A program made the translations under genes and the position numbers. Of a stretch of 53,583 nt of DNA, positions 1 through 13,025 are shown piece by piece. The notes below the pieces were generated by a model that worked only from the letters and a program-made list of their open reading frames with translations, was not told the DNA's origin and did no database searches. Origin of the DNA: Perkinsus chesapeaki ATCC PRA-425 (taxonomy: Eukaryota; Protista; Perkinsozoa); the NCBI GenBank assembly GCA_013115145.1, contig JAAPAO010000201.1, positions 1-53,583 of the forward strand, read 5' to 3'. Each line of letters opens with the position of its first letter. Position 1 is the first letter of the stretch.

Positions 1-555
1 GACCAACAGAAAGCGAGATGGCCGAGGCTTCTCGCTGGGTCGACAAGGAATGATACATGGATGCTTCATATGCCCTCCTGAGGATCTAGTCATCGTGGAT
101 CAGCATTTGCTTAAGGAGCTCAGGGGGATCGTGAGGCACTTGCCACGCTGGGCCACTCTGACCTCCTACCGACAAGACTTTCGGGTTGAGATTGAGTAGG
201 TCAGGGTTGACAGGCAAATGGTGCGACTTTAGTCGGAAACGCGAAAGGGGCTGCGAAGAGGCATAGACCGTTTCATCGAACGGGTCACCGGATCCTTGAG
301 GAGCTGCCAGTTGAGCTAGTCAGACACTTGTATGTAGTTTCTAGCTGCGGTTGCTTATCGAGGCTTAGCGGTCGAGGACTGAATGCTGGCTCATTAGCCG
401 TTCTGAAGAGCACCAATAGGTCACAAGTTCGGGAAATGGCGATGAGAAAAAGGTTGCTCCGCCATTTCTTCGAGGAGGATCTAATTAACGACTTGAAACA
501 CAACCGAACATCGTTTCTATTGATGAGTATTTCCTTCCCCGGAAGGATATGGTAA
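1..555 (+). CDS. Probable 3' part of an unknown intron-containing gene (partial)
   Basis: Frame 2 is open from the window edge to about 196 (TNRKRDGRGF...YRQDFRVEIE). A second open frame runs from about 235 to a stop at 555 (...MAMRKRLLRHFFEEDLINDLKHN...). I could not reconcile the splice phases and recognise no domain. Confidence 0.3.
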
Positions 556-649
556 AAGTAGAATAAAGGCCAAAGCTTCTAGGACTCTTCGGACCGCCGC
601 TTAAATTTCAACGGCGTCCGGTTTAACGAGTCAGTATAAAGAACTTCCT

Positions 650-1615
650 CTACGCCATAAGGGCCATCGCAGCTCCAAACACCAGGGCGCTCATGACGCC
701 GGACGCCGAAGCCGCGTAACTTGGGACAACGGTTGGTCCTACGGTTGGCGCAGCGGTCGTAGTTGGCTCAGCCTCGACAATGAAGTTGAGGCACTGGGTT
801 CCCTCGGTTGTGTTACCGTGAACGGTGCCATTGACAACGGTGTAGTTGAGGGGGGATATCCAGTTTCTGTCACCGGCCGCAAGACAAACTCTTACAACTT
901 CAGCCTGTGCGTTCTCCTTAGCCTTGTAGGTAATGCCCAAGTCGAACCTATCATAGTTCTCGGTTGTAGAGCCGTTGAGCTGCAGGAGATCCCTGCAAGC
1001 CTTGGGGTCCCTGTTGGGAGTGGCATCACCTTTCTTGTTAACCCATGAGGCGAAGCAAGTGAGGGAGGGGAAGCTATCATTGCTGCTCCCATAGACAGTG
1101 AGATTCACTGTGGCGCTTTCCCCGCCCTTGAGGGTGAAGATATCTTCCTCCGTACCATTAAGAGTTAGGTTCTTCGCGAAGGGGTTCTCCTCGAAAATGA
1201 AGTTACCCATAGCAATGTATCTGGTGATGTTTTGGACCACGTAAATGCCTACGGTGTGGTTGCCGACAAAGTTCTGGTAGGCCCTCAGAGTTCCAGACAC
1301 CGCGATCTCACCCTCGGACAAACTGGCGGACGGTAAGTCCCTATCCACGAACATCTCGGGGTAGACGGTCCCGATGCTGCCAGCATTGCTCATGTCTTCA
1401 GGATCAAAGCCTGGGCACGTCCAAGTGAGGTTGAAAGCCAATGTGTTAGGTACCGCAACTTCCAGAGTAGGGAAGGGGTTGCCATCGACAGTGCACGTGA
1501 CGTTATTAGTGAAGTTAGCGGGGGCCATGGTCGGAAACGGCGCTGGGGGAGTACTAGTCGTCATTGCCGAGGCCAAAGCAGCCGCCGAAGCGAATTGGAG
1601 AGTGATACGAGCCAT
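650..1615 (-). CDS. Single-exon, predicted GPI-anchored, heavily N-glycosylated surface protein (321 aa)
   Basis: N-terminal signal-like segment (MARITLQFASAAALASA), 13 N-x-S/T sequons counted, a Thr/Pro-rich stalk (EPTTTAAPTVGPTVVP), small residues (AASASG), then a terminal hydrophobic tail (VMSALVFGAAMALMA) with no cytoplasmic residues. Confidence 0.8.
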   Translation of the reverse strand: MARITLQFASAAALASAMTTSTPPAPFPTMAPANFTNNVTCTVDGNPFPTLEVAVPNTLAFNLTWTCPGFDPEDMSNAGSIGTVYPEMFVDRDLPSASLSEGEIAVSGTLRAYQNFVGNHTVGIYVVQNITRYIAMGNFIFEENPFAKNLTLNGTEEDIFTLKGGESATVNLTVYGSSNDSFPSLTCFASWVNKKGDATPNRDPKACRDLLQLNGSTTENYDRFDLGITYKAKENAQAEVVRVCLAAGDRNWISPLNYTVVNGTVHGNTTEGTQCLNFIVEAEPTTTAAPTVGPTVVPSYAASASGVMSALVFGAAMALMA

Positions 1616-2218
1616 ATGAGCAAGGGAAAAGCTAAAGCCTAGAGCAAATAGTCACCAATCCAGGGGGGGGGATAAGGAGGAGACAAAGGCTGAACTCAGA
1701 ACATTCGAGAGGGCTGAAATACCCGTCTCTAAAAAAGCCGTCTCCGACAAATGGCAGTCTCCGAGGGGTTCCCGCGTCACAGGATAAGCGCCACCGCCTC
1801 CATGTCACCGCCAATTGATGTCGCATGGTGGGCGCTTCCCCGTCGCGTCTCGAGGCGTTCCGTCGATTTCGCGGAGTCTACAGCTGTTGCTGGTGGTTGA
1901 CGCATAGGGATGAACTCAAAGCGAGGGAGGATCAACAAAGGCTTACATCAGGTCTTCAGCTCTGGGGGAGAATTAGCTACATAATAATCGATTAACCGCG
2001 CAGAGTCGAGTGACGGCGGCAACAACAGCAGAGTACGTTGGGCTCTCACAGTGAGAGCCTCACTGTAAAATCGATGCCCAGCACCCCATATTATGATGGC
2101 CTGACCAGCCACCTTCCCAGTGGCCACTTGCGAATGAGCATGGGCCCGACTGCTACGTATGATCGTCTCTCGCGCAGTACTAAGGAAGCAGCCGTTCAGA
2201 ACTTCTGTCCTTTTCTCC

Positions 2219-5200
2219 ATGGAGAGCGCGACCGCGTTGTTTGACACCGCAATAGCTCTGCTATTACCGCTGGCAAGGGCTGTGCCTGAGTGCTCTAACA
2301 CGTCTACCGCGTACCCAGCTGTGACTTGGCACTTTCATTTGGTGACTTCATGCTACCCAGAACAGAGCATATGTTCTATTCCTCGCTGTGCAGCTGGGTA
2401 TAAAGCAACAGATATGAGTTGCCTCCACTACGGAGTGGTAAATATGAATCCAGAATGAACAACCGTTATCGACTTCAATATTCAGATTTCACCAATATGC
2501 GAGTCAGCCACATCGTATTTCACGCTAAGAGTCAGTTCAAACGAGGCAAGCGTAGAGAATATGGTAGTTGCTACGGTAGAAGGTTTTGACGAAAATGGCA
2601 TGCGGTCATTGACTGAGAGTCGGTAAGGCCACGCCCGTGTCTCTTCTATGACGCTTTGAAGCGCTACCAGTTTTAAGTAGCTTAGGGATAACGGGCCAAC
2701 GCAAGGCTTGGAAGCCATTCCGATAGCGCTGTCACCGGCAACTCTGAAACTCAGAAATTTCCAGTCACACCTGATACCCTTCGCCTTTCGCGCAACAATC
2801 TACCTTTTCCTAGTGTGGTTACGCTGGACTCGCCTGAGAAAATACTCTCCTCATTGCTAGGGATCTTATACTGCGTATCGAGTCCCCCGATGGCTCAGTC
2901 CGCGACGAAGTAATTAGTGTGGAAGCTGGGGTGGGCCGCTTCACCCAAGTTCATTCCACAATGGTAGTTGCACCAGAGGGCGAAAGTATATAAGACCTTC
3001 TTTAGGTTGGGCTCATGAAACTTAGTGTGCAGCCACACGTGGCTAGTATCGACGCAAGCATTCTTGCGGGAGCTGTTGCCGAGGTGCTGTGGCGCTCCGG
3101 GCCAGCTCGAACGTTCGATATAATCCGACCGGCGTACCGCGGAACCGTATCTATATCTACGGACAATGAGGTGAGGCTCATTTCCGGAGCAACATTGGAC
3201 GATTATTTTTTCATTATTCCAGCTTGAGATAGAAGTCGAAACTTACGATATTCATGGCAACCCCTCGGAACTTGATGCCAGAACGTGCGAGGTAATGGCG
3301 ATACGAGCAGGCACTGGAGTTCTTCGAAGTGCACGAGCGTGATGCGTTATAGAGTGGCCGATAATTCCCAGGGGCCGACTGCCGCCGCTTTCTAGGGAGT
3401 CCGTGAATGATGGACCTTGGCGCTCAGGTTATAGCAGACCTAGCAACCGTCTCAGAGGCAGCGGTCTCCTGTTCACCCACTGACTGCTTGCGCGCCATAA
3501 TAATAACAGGCGGTTCCGGATCGACCCGAGTCTCTAGCATTGCCGCCCAGACATTAAGTCTACATGTGAACTGTATGAGCGCGTTGAGCACGAGGCCAGG
3601 CGGAAGAGACACGCTAGAAGTTGAAGTCGCCCCCGGTACTGCAAGGTCTTTACAAATGGTAGGAGGCAACTTCGTTGCGACTGCCGGTAAGCCTCCCCGG
3701 GAGCTTGCTGGCTCCACTCGACGTGCCGGGGCAGGTTCACCGGTATCTATACCACTAGAAGCGTTGGACGCCCACGGCAATTTGGCGACTTCATTTGCCG
3801 GTCGCGCAACCCTCAAACTACAGGTAAGTTCGGCAGAAACGCTCAAGCTGACCTTTTGATAAGGAGTCCTCGGCGTGCCGGTTGAGTCGGGTGCAGAGTC
3901 CGCCAGAATCGCAGCCTACTTTCACACTTGGTCGTGCGGTCGCTGAATTCACCAACATGTTCGCCGAATCGTGCAAGGTAATTTTCCCCTACGCAGAAGC
4001 ACCCTCTACCAAGTTGTCACACTTTCCGCAAGTGCAGTTCATAGCATGCCGGTCAGGCCTACCTGCTGGCTGGTGATGGCGTCGATGTCGCAGCAAGAAC
4101 CGTTACACTAACTTGGACGCCCGGAACACCGGTACGCCAGGATATGCAGTGCATAGCTTGTACAGTGCGTTTACTTCCTACGCTTATCACCAGGTATCTT
4201 ACCGGATCAATACTGAGCTGTCCGATGTCGGAATTTCAGTTGACGCTTCCGCTAATATTGTCTTAGAGCTTGTAGACACCTATGGCAACGTTGCCGAGAA
4301 CCAAGTGAACTGTTGCATAACTTGCACCATTGACGTGCCACAGGTCGGGAGCTACCAAGGACGCGTCAGTTTCACTCCCGCAACCGCCGCCATAAGCCCC
4401 GGCAATCTGGTGTACTTCTCTGCTGGCTACTCCACGGTTACAGCCACCCATCGTCTTCCATCACCTGTCACATTGAGCCTCCCTTCGATATCCTTGGGGG
4501 GACTCACTGCCATTCCAGGAACTCACATCGTTGACTTCCAGCCTGGCGCAGCAGTGGAATTGGTGAGAATCCCACCAGAGCACCGAATCCCAAAGAGCAT
4601 TCAGGTCTTCAATACAACGCACGATGTCGTCGTCGGTTCTGATATGAGCCTCGTCGTGTACGCGCGTGACCAGTATAACAATCTGGCCACTCATCTCCCC
4701 ACGGTGACCATTAAGGTGGTGGTCTTCTCGGGTACTTCGAGCTTTCGAAAGTTCTGAGCCTCGAGTGTTCCTAAACTATTCCCTAAACTCCTCAGGCACG
4801 GAAGTTGAATTGGATCCTCCGAGTGGAGCGATGATTATGACCAGTGGGATTGGCTCTATGAAGGCAACTTCGAGGATTGCTCACAGCGCAACATTCCGTA
4901 TGCTCGACGCTCCACAGAGTCTCACATGTAGTTCAATACATCCACGGCCATTTACGGTCACACATGCGCCTGAGCATTCGCTTTGCACGGCCTTAAACAA
5001 CCAGCTCTTGCTCGTTTCCGAGAAACCTTTCGAGGGCCGTCTTGAACATCCTTACACTTGCTCGGCTGAACCATTCGGAAATGAATGAGATGCATTAAAT
5101 AACTTCTCTACGTACCAACATACAATATCTAGTCGGTCAAGGTTGTAAATTACATTCTAGTACCGGTATTTCCCACAAAATTTTTGACAGATACCGATAC

Positions 5201-8200
5201 TGTGACTGCGACTTTCCTTGTCGGTCCGCCGGCGAAGCTCGAGTCTGTCCGTTCGGATGGCGATGGTCCTGTTTCGGTCGACAATACTCTGCGATTAGTC
5301 GTGAAGTTGCAAGACTCGTTCGGCAATGTGGTTACGTCAGCAACAGGGTGGATTTTCACCGCGCGGATAGTGAACGGCATGTCTACAGCATTCACGCTAG
5401 TCAGTGGGCTGGGCGGGGCTATCTTGGAGCACACGAGGGCTGAAACGGTGCAAGTCGAGGTGGAAGATACAAACGGCTATGGTGTAGGTAGCGTACGCAT
5501 GGTGTATCGTCCTGGCATTGAGACAGGCTAGATTTCCCTGTTCTGTCAGGTCGTCATGGACACACCGATCGCAGTCCTTTTCACACACGGCCAGGCAGTG
5601 CAGTTGAGAGTTTCTTTGAACGCTACACGATCCTCAGTGGACATACCAGTTGTTGCGACTGTATCCTGTCTAGATCGTTATGGAAATCTTGCCATAAGTT
5701 ACGATGCGGCGGCCACAGTGGAGTGGGATGTCTCCGGTAGCTCCTCCACGAGCTTTCCTCGTTTGATCTAAAGCTATTATAGGTTCGGGCGTTCCTCGTG
5801 ATCCATATGCAGTCTTCTCCCATGGAAGAGCATCGACCCTCATAACCGCTGATCGGCTAAACGCATCCCCCAGCGAGTCCGTTGTTGTCTCTCTTCGCCT
5901 GTCTGGGCAATCTACGGGGCTGACTGTCCAGAGTACGAACTTATGCCGAAAGCTGATTTTCGCGTTGAGAATTTATGTCTCAGGCAAGCTACTCGAATGG
6001 ACTGTCGGCTCGGCCCGAACGATCTGGCTCACCGGCGGTGCTTCAACCACCGTCGGTTTGGATATGAATATCGAGCTGCAAATCAAGGATCAGTACGGAA
6101 ACTCTCTTCCATCGCTTGATCAGTCGTACACCGTTTGCCTCTCTGTGGCGATTCCCGGTCTTCTTGAAAGAGAACGGTGCATCACCATGTCTTCATCGAT
6201 AGCGTCATTGTCGATCTCATCCTTCCGAGCTGGGCGATTTCTCCTTTCTCTCTCGAGTGTGAGCCCTAACACACTAGTTTTGGCGTCCGAAAAGGAAGTG
6301 ATATTCCTGCCTATCGCAGCTGCACAGTGTGCCGCAAATAGGAATGCTATTGGTGAGGATGCACCTCTCCCCTTCCCATGCGGACAATACTGCAGGTTGT
6401 ATTGCTGTCCTTGAACTATCAGCAAGTAGCAGCAAGGTAGATGATAGCGTCCTGGTGACAATAACTGTGAAGGATCCCCACGAGAACGTCGTAACCGACT
6501 ACTCTGGCCAAATGGTTGTGGAAGTGGCTCGAGGAATCGAAGTTTCTCTATCGACATCCGGCATAGTTCAGGTGACTAACAACATCGCAAACTGAATACG
6601 TTCCTGAGCGAACTGTGGTGCTCAGCTCAATGGAGGCATCGGCAGCTGCTCAGTTTCTACAAAATTACCTCAGTCGGGTGTGAAGGTCCAGCTCTTGGAC
6701 ACCTTTATCACTAATCTGCTCATCGACGGTCTTGGGTATCTTACAGTGAGAAGTGTAGCCCATCATAAGTAATCGTACCTATGTCAGCTCGATTTCCTTC
6801 CCGGAGACGCATTTAAGTATCAGCTCAGCTCTGCCGTTAGCAGCCAGGTTGTCAGCGCGACTGCTACTATTACCGTGTCAGTCAAGGCATTTGATCAATT
6901 CGGGAATAGTCCCCCCGCAACCCTTCCTGCCGGGGAGAACAATGTACAGATTTATACTGTAGGGCCCTCTTGCGGATCAAACGAATAACCAGATTGCTGC
7001 GCGACTATCCTATGTTCAGATTTCTGGAAGTATATTACCGCTAACCGCGACGGTTAAACTCACAGTGCAAGGCTCGGCTGAAGCTGATTTTCTCAGCACA
7101 AAGGCAGGCTCGGTGACTCTTGGTCTGAAGGAGTCCACTTCGAGCCATACTATCGATCTTCGTTCTACCCTCTCTCTTCTTTTCTTGCCTGGTCCGCTAG
7201 CCCAATGGCAAATCAAGGGCCCAAAAATTGAGCTAGTCGGAAGAATAGCCCAAATCGTTATAAGCGCATATGATTCCTTTGGCAACGCTGTGACGGACGT
7301 GCGGGAGCCCGACTATATCTTTGTCGCAATAAAAACAGTGTTGGCATCATCCAGCAACGTAACCGAGACCACAGAGCAGTCCCTCGTGATGGGCGGCCAG
7401 GCCACGACGGAGATAACTGTCCCTGAGCCAGCTGCTGTGGAGCTCACTGCTAGGCACCCCTCCACCTCGACGAAATCTGAGACTTTCGTGATTAATTTCC
7501 GGTTTGACCTAACACCCCCTGAACTCAGTGTTTCACGAGGGAATATAGCCTCAACTTCGGTTGAAGTCCAGTACCTTACGACTGAGGCCGGCTTTGTGCT
7601 CTGTACCGCTCTTGATCGGGATGGATACGAGGCATTCACAACGGCAACTAACGAAGTGAAATGGAGACAGATGCTGGATGGTTCCGGGAAGAAGGTTGGT
7701 ATAGCCGATGGTGTTGAGCTGGTTGGAAGCCTTCGTATCACTGGGCTTACACCGGAGACAACATATGTTGTCCTTTGCTATGCCGGAGATGAGCAGAACC
7801 CTCCGAACCTTTCTACCAAGGAGGATATTATCGCAAACGAGTTCTCCTTCCAGACTCTGCAAAAATTAGAGACTACAGCGGACCTCAGTGAAGGCGAATA
7901 CTTTTGCTCACCAAACTGCGCCACATGGTTGGGCATAAGCATTCCGTTGGTCGCCGTATTGCTCGTGGTGGCCTTTCTTATATTCCGGCAGAAACAGAAG
8001 CTAGCCCTCTCCTTTGAAAAGCGAGAAGTGAGTTCCCGGAACTCAGTTCCACACTAGCTAATCGTCTCGATCGTTCAAAGGTTAAAATGAAATCCCGGCG
8101 ATTCAGCTACTTTATTTTGTCAGCGTGTCCTTAACGTCAGAAATCGCATTCTGCAAGGGCTGCTAGTTGATGACCGAGGAAGTTTCAGGGACGATTCAGA

Positions 8201-11200
8201 CTCGGGCAAGTGGATGATGAGTTACAGGAGCACCGGATGCCCGCTGCTCTTATAGGAACTGAGCCTAACTCTGAGGCAGAAGGAGATACCAGCGACAACG
8301 TATTCGCGAAGGCGGCTGAGATGCAGAAAATGATCATGAATCAGCTGATGAACACGGTTCATAGCATACAAAGCCAGTGCGACGAAGCCATCGATACTGT
8401 CATGGAGAAAGCTGCGGCACTACAAGATGAGTTGGCTTTAGCCATAGAGGACAACGAGGATGACAACAGTATAGACAAGAAGCTGAGGAGGAGCGCTTCG
8501 CAGCTTTACGAAGATCTCGATAGCATTTTGTACAACATGGGTGGCCTTGACTTTGGCAAGACTCAGGACCTTGGAGGTCTACAAAGGACTGTGTGTCATA
8601 GCGACTACAAAGGTCAGGTGTTGACGTCGAAACTTTATCCACGACGAGTACGTCTGATGATCGTGAGGGAAGGCTGGAAGCTGTCAAGGGAGCAGAGGGA
8701 CTGCTGGAGGATATCTTTGACCTACACAGGCATCGCACACGGGGTCTTCGCTTTGAAAGCCGCACTTTCTGTTACATAATTATCCTACACTATGATCTAC
8801 GATTGCAATGCACGCGCATACCGACGTTTAAAAAAACCGACCGTTATGCCTGCGATGGCAGAACGAATGGATCGGGGCTATTCCTTTTCCGCTTACACTC
8901 ATGACACTTGTCCCTCAGTCACCTAGCAGAACTTGATGGTACTGATGCGGAGGCGGAACAGATCCTCCTCCAGCGACTGGAGGAGCTTGAGCAGAAGCTC
9001 GCCAGCTATTCAGAAGTCGTCGAAAAGGAACACCTCAGCCTGCTACGAGGAATGAGAGAGAAACACGCTTCCCGGTAAGTACGGTAGTCTCCACGTCAGA
9101 GCCTTCGACGACCAGCAATCATGTTTACTGCGCGTATCAGCATAATCGGTATTCGTGGGCATGATTCATGGAGCACGAGTATTCCTCCGAGGAATTTCCT
9201 CGAACCGTGGTTAGTCGGAACCACGTATCAGATGCAGTGTTCTACTAAGGGGAAGAGACTTGAGAGCTCAGGTTGGAGGAGTCACGAGAACTCGGGACTA
9301 CACTGCAGATGATAGTAAATAGGAAACATAAACTCTTAATCGAGCAAGCCGCGCAAGTTAGCGACCTCCTTGGAGCTCACGGACAGGAGGTGATGCCCGT
9401 TGTGGTGAAGTCCACGCCGTGGGATCCTGCGATATGTAGATCCGCCATGCTGAAGATGAGCACTTGAGAGAGCTGCAGGAGCAGGAACTGGGACTGCTAG
9501 CAAAGCAAAAGGATCAAAGGGAAATAATTTTCGAGAAATTTCGGGCAAAGATAGGTTCGACGGATGACGAGCTGGAGAGGTCTTAACTTCGTGGACCGCT
9601 GTGAAGTTTCATTCAATTTTCATAGGCAGAAGCTTCTGCGCGAGGGTATGGAGATGATGACTGAGGTCGACAGGAACATTGCCGCCGAGAGACGGGACCT
9701 TCAAGAGAGACTTCGACAAAGGGCTAAAGCGAGAGCAGCAGGGAGGAAATCTAAGCACGTAGGGGACTGTTGTGGAGGAAGGTGTTCACTTGCTATTTCG
9801 AACTCGTACTGTCTCAGGACCATGAGCTAGAGGAGCTCCTAGCCAAGCACAGAGCTGAGGTTGATGCTTTGCGGGGACAGATACGGGATCTACAGAAGCA
9901 GTTGAGAGAGAAGAAAGATGACATGTTCAAAGAAATTACCGAAGTCATTGGAGAACACGTATGTGGGGATGTTGCTTTTAATGCCTCTCACGTTTGCTCA
10001 CGGAAGCCATCTTCCCCATCCTTTGACGCTCGAGACAGATTACTGGTGAAGTTTCGAGCCGAGAAGCTGCGAAGGCGTGGGACAAAGAGAAGGCTGAACG
10101 AATCGAATCGATAGAGAGAGGACATGAGAGGAGACTGAAAGTTATCCGCGATGGAGATGTGGGGCTAACCAGGCCTCCGTCGCTTAACACTTATTCTTTA
10201 TGCTGATTAATAGGACTTGGAGGCTATAATGAAAGAGTACGAAAGCGCTGTTCTGAACGCCGAAAACGACATGGAAGCTGAGAAAATTGCTCAGCAGAAG
10301 GCTAATCGGGAAAGGCTAAAAGCCAGACGAGAGAGGCGGGAAGTAAGAGCTAAGTAACTCATGCGTAACACGATCGCAGCCAGCCGTGCCGGTGTTGCGC
10401 ACGCTTGTGCTCAGGCGCTCATAGAGAAGCGGCGGAAGGCCGAAGAGGCTCTTGAGGATATTGGTGTCGACTTCGACAGTGCAGAGGCAGAGCTAGTCCA
10501 GAAGTACGTCGGTGTTTATTCTGAGCTTGCGTATCGACGACCTACATTCAGACAAGCATTGGAGCTACTTGGCATGGACAGCGAGCGTGCAGAGAAAATG
10601 CTCGAGAGTGTTCTTACAGCGAAGATGGAGAACTCGAGTGTGATGGCATCGCTGGAGTCTGCCTCTCACGTACAAGTGAGCTCTCATCGAGCCCGCAGCT
10701 GCAGAGAATTTTTGGTACGAATCAGGTGTCGAGCATTCAGATGGAAGGAGGCCTTGGTGCTGAACAAGAGTCCCGCAAGTTTCTGGACCAGCTGGAGCAA
10801 GTCAAGACAAAAGTCGTGGCGGAGCTCGGTCGCCACAGCGAGGGGCAACTGGCTGTGGTTGCTCGCTTTGCGAATAAGGAGGCGAGGGACTTGAGGTGAG
10901 CTTCGATCTTCGTGACTTGCGGAGCCGAACTTCGCTTTAGGACTTTGCATCGTCGGGAGCAAGATAAATTGTCGGTGCACTATCGCCAGACTAAAGAGGC
11001 CGCAGCACAGAACGTCACTGAAGTGCTCGGGGAGATGGAAGAGGAAGAGCAAAGATCGGGACATAATTTGCTGGCTTCACGCCTTGACGTTCTTATGGAA
11101 AAGGAAATATCTCGCATCCACACTTCGAGAAGTTTGGATTGTATCGAAGGCGGAGACATCAATCAGCAGCTACAAGTACGCGGGCAGACGGTGGATCGAA

Positions 11201-13025
11201 GGTCCACGCTGGCCTTGACGCTCAACTAGATTAACCTAATCCGCTGAAGGCGATTCGTTAATTATTAGAATCGTCCACTTTTGATAGACCATTCGTAAGG
11301 CATCCACTTCAGGCTGTACTCGAAAGAAGTGACAACCTTGCGAGGGAGCAAAAAATTCGTGGTGCATACTCGAAGCTTCGTCGAGCAGTAGAGAAGAGTG
11401 CACGCGAGAGACTCGAGTCGGATCGAGCTCACCAAGCTGAAGAGTAACTGCCCTCGTTAGGGCACCCTGAGCCATATCCAAATACAAATTATCCATTGCT
11501 TCGGCGGCTTAGGCAGATCATTCGCGGGGAGCTGTTGGCGGTTGAAGAGGAGGAAAGGAAACTACGCCGGGAAGCAATCGAGAGCGTGGTTCAAACACAC
11601 ATGTCAACAGCAAGCCAAATTGTGGACTACATGGATACAGGATCTGGCTCGAGCCGGTGAGGTCTTCATTCTGGCCGAAGTCTTTCTGCCCATAGGCTCC
11701 CACCTGTCTTCGATGCTTCAATTACCGAAGCTGAACGACACAAGCTCTTGGAAGAGCACGAGCTGCGCAGAGCGGAAATTGAAAACAGAATATCTGATAA
11801 TCGTGAAGCGCAGAAGCATGCCCTGCAGCAAAGACTAGCGGCACGACGGAAGAGACTGGAGAACAAGAAGGAGCAGATCTTACAGGACGCTGGAACTAGG
11901 AGTCGCATCAATGTAACTCGGCAGCAGCGATTCGGCTCCACCATACACTTCGAGAAAAGCGCACTCCGGACCCAATTGTGGTTTACTGGGCTCTTCAGGC
12001 ACACTTGCACAGAGCAATAGGGGCGTTGGGTGCGCACCGACGGCTTGATAAGTCACACGCTGAAGAGATGGAGGAAATGGCTAACAGGCACAGAGCAAGA
12101 GAAGAAGAGGTAACCAGCAGACTCGAAGAAGAAGCTCGCAGAGAGAAGGAGGCAATAGAAGCACGGTACAAAGCACAGATGGAGGAGCTTGAGGCCAAGC
12201 TGAGGAAGGCTTTGAGGAAGGTAACCAGACTGCTTGAAGCAGGCTCGCTGTAGTGGCTCCTTGTTTTTTCGATTTGTTTTCTGTTGATCTTGTTGTGCTA
12301 TCGTCCGTATTATCTAGGTCTCCCGAGGTCCTCCTTATGGGAAATATATCATTTTGGTCGTCGCATGTGTAATTTCTATGCGTCTTCCCGTAATGTTCGT
12401 TTACGAGCTTATTCCAGGCTGGTAATCCTCGAGATACGGTCAGAGTGGCCCCGGAGGAAATGGCGGCAGTGAGGGAAGACCATCAGAAGGCGATGACGGC
12501 AGCAGCGCAAGAGGTGAGGGAGCCCGGTTGGCAAATACTCGGGATGGGAGTGGATCAGCTGGAGGAAGAGAAGAGAGTGCAAGAGCTTATTATGCAAAAG
12601 AAGATCGCAGAGAGAGAGGCACGAATAAAGAAGTCGAAGGAGAGAGTGAAGAAGAAACATAGACAAGAGCAGGTATATCGAAAGAGCTCAAGGTTTTTAC
12701 ATTGAACCTGGTACAGGTTCTTGCGGAACTATCGTACGAGCAGAGCAAGCTGCAGAAATCTTCTGGGGGTCGCGGCCAGGCGAACGTCGCACAGCTTGTC
12801 AGCAGCCTTAACAAAGTTAACGCTTTGATGCGGATACTGAACACGGACTCAGTAATGGATCCGCCCTTCCTCATCCACCTTTTCCTGTTGTAGGAGGAGT
12901 CAGTATCACAGACGGCGCGACGTTTCACAACAGTTGATCCGGCGATGATGCCGACCAGTCCAAGGTCGAGCAGACCAGATCCACCAAGTGCGCCTCCTTT
13001 CGTGGAGCCAGCTCGAGCCGTGTGA
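2219..13025 (+). CDS. Giant multi-exon type I membrane protein: Cys-rich N-terminus, about 10 invasin/filamin-like Ig repeats, one TM helix, long cytoplasmic coiled coil
   Basis: Putative signal peptide from ATG 2219 (MESATALFDTAIALLLPLARA); the start is uncertain. Repeated D-x-[YF]-G-N motifs (LDAHGN, VDTYGN, RDQYNN, QDSFGN, LDRYGN, KDQYGN, FDQFGN, YDSFGN) between 2580 and 7290. TM WLGISIPLVAVLLVVAFLIF followed by RQKQK at about 7925-8000. A phase-0 intron 8028-8188 joins it in frame to E/K/R/Q-rich helical exons. The final intron (about 12852-12893) leads to ...PFVEPARAV-stop at 13023-13025. Confidence 0.75.
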
